NCBI GenBank assembly: GCA_964529985.1
Contig: CAZGYL010000002.1
Coordinates: forward strand, 1 to 32,355
Direction of reading: 5' to 3'
DNA: 32,355 nt
Source: an uncultured Planctomycetia bacterium
GTDB taxonomy: Bacteria; Planctomycetota; UBA8108; UBA8890; UBA8898
Under the pieces are notes generated by a model. The model saw only the letters and a list, made by a program, of their open reading frames with translations, did no database searches and was not told the DNA's origin. How positions within the stretch are numbered: the first letter of the stretch is position 1; each line of letters starts with the position of its first letter. Shown here piece after piece: positions 24,501 through 29,800 of the stretch. Position numbers and translations under genes: made by a program.

Positions 24501-26798
24501 AGTTACGTTGATGTAGGCTTGACGCTTTTTGAGACCTACACCTACCGCATCAGGGCCTTCAACGATCAAGGGTACTCCGATTGGTCCAACGAGATAAGCG
24601 TGCAGGTTCAACCCACGCCTTCTGCTCCCACGGATTTGGTGGTGCTTGAAGTTACTGCAAATGCAATAACCTTGGGGTGGAAGGACAACTCGGACGATGA
24701 GAGCGGTTTTGAGCTCTACAGGACCGAACCGAACGGTGAGACCTTTTCCCTTCTTGTTCGGCTTGGACCCGATGTGACCACCTACCGGGATGATTCGCCT
24801 CCCCTTGAACCCGGAGCTTTGTACCGTTACCGCGTGCGGGCGTACAATGCAAGCGGAGCTTCCGGTTGGTCGAATACGGTTGAGCAGCGCACGGGTATCC
24901 CTCCTTCGGCACCTGAAAATCTTTCCGTCTTAAGCTACGGGGTCGACGGCATAACGATCGGGTGGACCGATACCTCGGACAACGAGCAAGGTTTTGAGAT
25001 CCAGATAAAGGAGCCCCAAAGCGGCGAGTGGCGGGTTCGCGCCACCGTTGCTGCAGACACTACGAGGTTTGAAGACACTGGATTGCAGCAGGATACCGTT
25101 TACAGCTACAGGGTCCGTTCCTTTAATGAAGCAGGAGCTTCGGCGTGGGCCGGCCCTGTCAGCCGGAAGACGGGCAAAGTGCCGGAACCGCCCCAGGACT
25201 TCTCGGTTGTTGATGTCGGAGCTGATTGGATTCTCCTTGCCTGGGGAGAGGCGGAGGGAACAGGCTATGAACTTGAACGCGCCGTCGAGGAAGGCCCGTT
25301 CGAACCCCTCTCTTTGTTTACGCCGGGAACACTGTCCTACGCGGATACCGGGCTTGCTCCCGGAACGACCTACCGCTACCGCCTGCGCACCATAAACGCC
25401 TTTGCAACTTCGGCCTGGTCGTCTGTTGCAGTCGGAACTACAGGGCACCTGCCCCAAGCCCCCGCCGATCTGGCGGCGGCTGAGGTTGCAGCCTGGCCTC
25501 CGCCTGATACGCAGCCCAGGCCGCTTCCCAGTGAAGTGACATACACCGTGACTCTTACCTGGGACGACCGCGCGGACAACGAGGTGGGCTTTGAGCTTCA
25601 GCGCCGGATCGGGGAGGAACCGTGGAGCAGTTTGATCGAGCTTCCCGCCGACTGGGAAAGTTACACCGACCGGGATATTCCGCCCGGAGCGTCCCTATCT
25701 TACCGGATCCGCGCTTTGAACCGATTCGGGCATTCCGAGTGGAGTAACGAAGTATCGCTGCGCATTGCAACGGCGCCCTCTGCGCCTGCAAATGTGCGTA
25801 TCACGGAGGTCGGGGTGAGCTCGCTAACGGTGCAATGGGAAGATCGTTCGGAAAACGAGCTCTGGTTTGAGGTCGAAAGGCGGCCTGAAGGCGGGCGGTG
25901 GCAGGTAGCCGGTGTTGTCAGTGCAGACCAGACGACGTTCCGCGATCAAGATCTTCAGCCTGACACAAGCTACACGTATAGAGTTTGGGCACGCAGCCCT
26001 TTCCAGTACTCTTTGCCCTCCGAAGAGGTAACCGGCCGCACGGGGCGGGCTCCGAATGCACCTTCGTCTTTGCACGAGAAAAGCTGGAGCACAGAGGCCA
26101 TAACATTAGGGTGGGAGTATGAGCCTGCTCCGGGGACCGAATTGGTCGTAAAGCGGCGCTCAGGGCGGCAAGGCCCGTGGATCGAAGTTGCACGCTTTCC
26201 TGGAGAGGCAACGAGCTGGACGGATCAGAACGTCGAAAGCGGAGAAGTTTATGAGTACCGGATCGAGGCCCGGAACGAGTTCGGTTCCTCAGAACCCAGC
26301 TCGGTGCTGCTGACCTGTGCAGGCGTTAAGATCCTCCAGATCGCGCCTGCTGAAGGGCATATCGAAGGAGGTGATCCTGTTGAAATAAGGGGGATCCATT
26401 TTGAAGAGGGCCTTGAGGTGACTTTCGGCGGGCGGGTGCTCGGAGGGCTGAGTGTCGTTGATTCCGGGCGCTTAACCGGTGTAGTCCCGCCCGGCAAGAG
26501 GGCCGGAGCCGTCGATGTGGCTCTTACCTGGAATTCTCTAAGCGATGTAGTTCCGGCTGGATACCGTTACAGCTTGGGACTGCTTCATGGAGATGCCAAC
26601 GGAAACAACTTCGTAAGCATTGCGGACGCGATTTACATTCTTTCCTATCTCTTCCGTCACGGCGAGGCGCCTTATTGCAAAGCGCTTGCGGACGTCAACA
26701 ACGACGGATCGTTGGATATAAGCGATGCGACGTTCCTGCTTAATTATCTTTTTGGAGGCGGTCCCGCACCTTATCCGGAACGGGTGGACTGCAGGTGA
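18549..26798 (+). CDS. Giant secreted protein (2749 aa): LTD, 2 unassigned jelly-roll-like modules, 2 LTD, Ig-like domain, CotH kinase-like domain, third module, Ig-like domain, right-handed beta-helix, 7 FN3, IPT/TIG, dockerin-like module
   Basis: Signal-like N-terminus (ILRKVTALPTLYAFVLLQSALAG). Lamin-tail-domain motifs: VRINELHYHP...EFVELHN...VDLSGWSF, VEINEIAPS..GGWIELFNPS, VVINEIMYHP...EWIELWNTG. CotH blocks: YRIVMTADRIDTL, FYNVGIRYRGRSARYHTPKSYRVQL, GDDYYLYRRPSDGKWVLIPWDVDDSF. Parallel beta-helix repeats: VTLTVEPGTELIF ... NTIVDNTKAGIV. Seven FN3 domains, an IPT domain (VKILQIAPAEGHIEGGDPVEIRGIHFEEGLEVTFGG) and the tail GDANGNNFVSIAD...DVNNDGSLDISD follow. GGAGG (18533-18537) precedes ATG 18549. 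Confidence 0.9.
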   Translation: MGGDNNMGILRKVTALPTLYAFVLLQSALAGPYDVRINELHYHPAGEDQALEFVELHNTGETDVDLSGWSFTSGITYTFPSGVVIPAFGYLVVAKDPAALQEVFGPLPVVGPYEGFLSDGGEWIRLEDSRGRVIEEFSWSDSAAWPQRADGRGASLELIRPRAEPDWGDSWASSVVVNGTPGSVNSHSEGYEEQTILTEGAQGRYFKGVADPPADWTDPDFDDSSWPSGPSGFGYGDGDDATVLTNMQGNYSTVYVRMYFSLTDTDFRKLSLSVVFDDGFVAYLNGQEVARFLAPGSPGEFVPHTALAADLHEYTDGPAAVDLTAFIPLLREGDNVLALVGLNESLDSSDLSLAPTLSGVKRVLGIDEVMGRRVVESVIRQGERWRYFKGTEEPPEGWTAVDFDDSAWPEGVAGFGYGDNDDATVLEDMQRIPGTQPGYSTLYLRRTFSLQGDPQSVHRLYLRIDYDDGFVAYLNGVEVARSPNVTGSPPAHDALATAQHEAGAVETYDITAFRGLLSDGVNCLAVQGLNTSLESSDFSLHPELVIDHTVRARPEALSCPVEINEIAPSAVGGWIELFNPSDAPWDLSSYRLGLSPRQTALYGFPQGTIIQPHSFLVVNEQDLGAQIPTAGVVLLTDPAGLLLVDSRAYDLKGAAAGSCARYPDGRGPMKVVPGATPGEPNTPSLSHDVVINEIMYHPAAAPGEVEPEWIELWNTGSETLDLTGWAFTRGIDFRFPDGTTLPAGGFLVVAKDPDRLTAEYGTTNVVGPFESGLKNDEELILLRDNYGNQVDRVHYADDGRWPTEADGGGPSIELINPAYDNRSGQAWAASAGAGTPGAMNSAYQADVPPLVKRVRHSPAVPSSASPVTISCSVESPTSPIARVTLYWKIDGQDDFTATELSDDGASGDGEAGDGVWGVILNPFPAGTVVCFAIVAESETGKSRTVPASWAQDQSVTMLFQVQDDLPFWSDPTYRIVMTADRIDTLRSRSIWSDELLDATFIAGEEIFYNVGIRYRGRSARYHTPKSYRVQLTDDEKFRDMKRININGYRPETQHLGMGLFRVSRVPAPISRPVRFVFDNKVVNRYVHMEAVHEGFLRRRFPGDDEGNLYRGEQRANLDWRGSDKEAYRPYYLKRTNVEEDDFSDIMELCYVFDRDTTPDDEVFYQRLQELVDIEEWARFFAVHTVISTQEGGIYRDKGDDYYLYRRPSDGKWVLIPWDVDDSFLNPTERLFRPTVPSIVRFLHHPAVTPYYYAALKELTGGAFSEETIGRKIDELIGIISENRAEELHAFAQQRRTFIDERVPTEFHASLGPDTLVSAESETWRYFRGTTEPSGGTTAWTAVDFDDSSWPTGPGGFGYGDGDDATVLDDMRGNYTTVYLRHTFTVDDPSEIQSLALAVLVDDGFVAYLNGTEVARFHAPGVPGDPVPAGSTATADWEARTPLTFRIENAGGILRRGTNVLALQGLNSSLNSSDFSLAATLGRGVLVAEGCPGDLYVAGTDLLISGVTSVADTFHVAVNGEEIPFDPMTGEFEALVSIAAGVEHIIVEALREDLSIYDRAEFTVTVVQSIGGVLPGDRTLEASGGPYLVGGSLVVPAGVTLTVEPGTELIFREGVTVRVEGGISAEGTQDLPIVLSGVSCVENWGAFDLRGTTQDNRFAWCVFKGAGALGSSPAALTVRSGNVALSHCTFEDISGDALFGASSTISVADTTIRRADRGVVLEWCPSAAIERTLIEDLQGTGTCISVNGSMASPVAIVDCTVGDTPGVGVTVENGAVRVSGCTISGCGKAGLSLYGSQRSIVEKSLIHHNHIGIALHDSHRALLDHNTIVDNTKAGIVCSEATEGRGSGHAEVRSCIVYFNGEALQIDDLGTAAFAFSDIEMTPLPPGEGNFNSDPLFTDHGAAQYSLSADSPCIGAGENGTDVGAIPYTDVPGAPRSLRVVGVTSSSIALAWDDASVNEDGFELYRKGPGEEDFQLIAALAADTTSYVDVGLTLFETYTYRIRAFNDQGYSDWSNEISVQVQPTPSAPTDLVVLEVTANAITLGWKDNSDDESGFELYRTEPNGETFSLLVRLGPDVTTYRDDSPPLEPGALYRYRVRAYNASGASGWSNTVEQRTGIPPSAPENLSVLSYGVDGITIGWTDTSDNEQGFEIQIKEPQSGEWRVRATVAADTTRFEDTGLQQDTVYSYRVRSFNEAGASAWAGPVSRKTGKVPEPPQDFSVVDVGADWILLAWGEAEGTGYELERAVEEGPFEPLSLFTPGTLSYADTGLAPGTTYRYRLRTINAFATSAWSSVAVGTTGHLPQAPADLAAAEVAAWPPPDTQPRPLPSEVTYTVTLTWDDRADNEVGFELQRRIGEEPWSSLIELPADWESYTDRDIPPGASLSYRIRALNRFGHSEWSNEVSLRIATAPSAPANVRITEVGVSSLTVQWEDRSENELWFEVERRPEGGRWQVAGVVSADQTTFRDQDLQPDTSYTYRVWARSPFQYSLPSEEVTGRTGRAPNAPSSLHEKSWSTEAITLGWEYEPAPGTELVVKRRSGRQGPWIEVARFPGEATSWTDQNVESGEVYEYRIEARNEFGSSEPSSVLLTCAGVKILQIAPAEGHIEGGDPVEIRGIHFEEGLEVTFGGRVLGGLSVVDSGRLTGVVPPGKRAGAVDVALTWNSLSDVVPAGYRYSLGLLHGDANGNNFVSIADAIYILSYLFRHGEAPYCKALADVNNDGSLDISDATFLLNYLFGGGPAPYPERVDCR
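21441..22460 (+). other. CotH (atypical protein-kinase-like) domain, copy 1
   Basis: Family-typical blocks IRYRGRSARYHTPKSYRVQL, NLYRGE, IEEWARFFAVHTVI, DDYYLYRRPSDGKWVLIPWDVDDSF. Boundaries are approximate. Confidence 0.75.
24339..26324 (+). repeat. Seven tandem FN3 domains (about 95 aa each) in the 18549-26798 protein
   Basis: Each unit reads P.AP..L.V..V....I.L.W.D.S.NE.GFEL.R.......(W/F).......AD.T.Y.D..L...T.Y.YR(V/I)RA.N..G.S.WSN.V, for example PGAPRSLRVVGVTSSSIALAWDDASVNEDGFELYRKG...TYTYRIRAFNDQGYSDWSNEISV. The fifth unit carries a Pro-rich insertion. Confidence 0.8.
26580..26795 (+). other. Dockerin-like module (C-terminus of giant protein 1)
   Basis: LLHGDANGNNFVSIADAIYILSYLFRHGEAPYCKALADVNNDGSLDISDATFLLNYLFGGGPAPYPERVDCR. 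Confidence 0.7.
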
Positions 26799-26816
26799 CA
26801 TGCGCAGGAGGTCTTC

Positions 26817-29800
26817 ATGAGAACGCGAGGAACGAGAGTCGGCCGCGGTCTTGGAGCGGTTCTCGTTGCAGCTGTATTTGCGTTTGCAGGCGCTTTGAGC
26901 GCCGGCTCGCCCTTTGCGCTTAAGATCAACGAGCTGAATTACCACCCCGCCTCGGACCAAGAGAGCTTGTCCTTTGTCGAGCTTTTCAATGCAGGAGGCG
27001 GACAGATCGATTTGACAGGGTTTCGGCTCGAGGGGGATGTGCGCTACAACTTCGGCCATGTAACTGTAGGGCCGCGGGCCTATTTGGTTGTGGTGAAAGA
27101 CCTTCAAACTGCGCGCAGCGCTTTCGGCGAAGTGCGTATGGTCGGGAATTTCAGCGGAAATTTGGGCCACGGAGGCGGGCTGGTACGCCTTGTTGATGCA
27201 GGCGGCCGCGTTGTTGACGAGGTTCGTTATGATGATTCTTACCCCTGGCCGGAGCGCTGCGACGGCAGGGGCCCGAGCCTTGAAAGGCGCTCTCCTTACG
27301 CGCCTGCCCAGTGGGCTGACTCTTGGCATGCAAGCTTGACGCTTAACGGAACCCCCGGCCTTAAGAACAGCACTTACAGAGCCTTGGAGGACCAGGTTCT
27401 GGTTTCGCAAGGCGCTTTGTGGCGCTACTTCAAAGGAACCGCCGATCCGCCCGAGGGTTGGCTCCTTCCCGGATTCGACGACTCTTCCTGGCAGAGCGGC
27501 GCGAGCGGTTTCGGATACGGCGATGACGATGACGCCACGATTCTTGATGATATGCAGCAGATTGCAGGCCAGCAGGACGGCTATACCACGCTTTTTATAC
27601 GAATCCGTTTCACGCTTTCGAAGCTCAATTATCTCAGGCTCCACCTGCACGTTCGGTACGATGACGGCTTTGTGGCCTACCTGAACGGGGTCAGAGTGGC
27701 GCGGGCATATGCCCCTCAAGAGCCGATCACACACGATATGCTTGCAGCAGGCCTGCATGAGGCGGGACCTTCTTTCCAGGTTTTCGACATCTCAAACGCT
27801 GTTTCGGCCCTTAGAGTAGGTGAGAACGTACTTGCGCTTGTAGGCTTCAACGCCAGCCCCGATTCCTCGGATTTTACGCTTGATCCTTATCTGACGGCTA
27901 CGAGAGAGGTCACCGGGCTTGAGGAAATAGGCGGGCGGCCCGTACGTGAAACAGTGATACCGGCAGGGGCCTCGTGGCGCTATGCAAAAGGAACCGGGGA
28001 GCCGGATTCCGCTTGGAGGGCGGTTGACTTTGATGACACGGCATGGGAAGAAGGGCCTGCTGGTTTCGGGTACGGAGACGACGATGACGCAACTGTTTTG
28101 TCCGATATGCGCGGGAATTACACAACGGTTTACCTGCGCCGGAATTTCACCATCGATGACATGACGGGGCTTGTCGGGGTTCACTTGGTGATCGATTACG
28201 ACGATGGCTTTGTTGCGTACCTGAACGGAACGGAGGTGGCGCGTTCACTTGCTCCCGGGCAACCGGGGGATCCGGTTCCCTACAACGCCACGGCGACGGG
28301 CTCGCACGAGGCGGGAACGCCGGTTGATTTCGACATCTCTTCGGCGCTCGATCTCCTTGTAGCGGGAGAGAACTGCCTTGCTGTCATCGGGCTCAATTCG
28401 AGCCTGACAAGCGGAGATTTTTCTCTTAATCCGCGTTTGGATCTCGTGCGGGAAATTCCGGCTGATTCCGGGGCCTTGCAGTGCAAAGTGCGGATAAACG
28501 AAATCGCACCGGCGTCGCGCGGGGGCTGGGTTGAGCTTTTTAACACAGGCGGAGCGCAGTGGGATCTTTCGGGGTACTGCCTGAGTGTTGATCCGCGAGC
28601 ACCCTGCGCCTACACATTCCCTGAGGGCACGCAGATTCCTGCGGGGGAATTCCTGCTGATTGATCAGGCGGAGCTCGGATTTGAGCTGCCGGACGAATCT
28701 ACGATTACGCTTACGGATCCGAGCGGTTTTATCCTTGTTGATTCGATCTCCTACGCGCTTGGGGTCGCCGGAGCTTCCTGCGCGCGCTACCCCGACGGCT
28801 CGGGAACGCCGCAGGTGGTGCTTGAGGCTACCTCAGGTGCACCTAATGCTCCGCCACCCCGATTCGGCGTGGTTATAAACGAGATCATGTACCACCCGCT
28901 TACACCCGGTGGAGGGAAAGAAGTCCACTGGCTTGAGCTTTTAAATACAAGCGGCCAAGTGCTGGACTTAAGCGGTTTTCGATTCACAAAGGGACTTGAC
29001 TTTGAAATCCCCGAGGGCACAACCATTGATCCGGGAGGGTTCCTTGTCGTTTCGCCGGATCCCCAAGCCGTATCAGACGCTTACGGTATAAGCAGGGTTG
29101 TGGGAGGATTCGACGGCGGGCTTAAGAACGACGGTGAGGTTATTGAGCTTCGCGACAACCTGGGCAACATCGCAGACACGGTGCCCTATGCGGACGACGG
29201 CTCCTGGCCGAGGGAGCCTGACGGAACGGGCCCGAGTCTTGAGCTTATCAACCCTGAGTATCCAAACGAGGTCGGATCGGCGTGGGCCGCCTCAACCGGC
29301 ACCGGAACCCCCGGAGAGGCGAACTCCGCTTTCAGTGACAACCCGCCGCCTATAATCGCATGGGTCCGGCATGCGCCTTTAGTGCCCACCTCAAACGATG
29401 CGGTGCTTGTGACCTGCCTTGTTGCAAGCCCTTCCGAGCCGGTTGAAAGCGTCACGTTGTCTTGGCGGCGTGACGGGGAAGACAACTGGAGCGAAGTGCC
29501 TATGGCGGATGACGGAGCGAACGGGGACGGCGCTGCCGGTGACGGGATTTGGGGTGCGCAGATTGATCCTCAGCCTGACGGCACGATCGTTTGTTTCCGT
29601 GTTACAGTGCTCGCTCGGGACGGAAGGCAGGCTTATGCACCGCTCCGGTACAGCACAGATCCTTCAGCGTGCCTGCTTTACCAAGTGCAGGACGCTCTCC
29701 CATTGAGCGATCTTCCCACATATCGCATTGTCATGAAGGCTTCGGACCTTGCAGAACTGCGGAACCGCGATCCTGCAAGCGATGAACTTCTCCCCGCTAC

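Noticed and set aside
26538-27758. 406-aa minus-strand ORF. Similar long antisense ORFs occur at 20712-21824, 19593-20130, 23303-23908, 24930-25457, 29664-30200, 30534-31142 and 31815-32318.
   Set aside because: All lie antisense to the two giant plus-strand genes, whose translations carry strong, repeated family motifs. The antisense products are Arg/Gly/Pro/Ser/Ala-rich with no motifs, which is the usual shadow-ORF artefact of GC-rich coding DNA.
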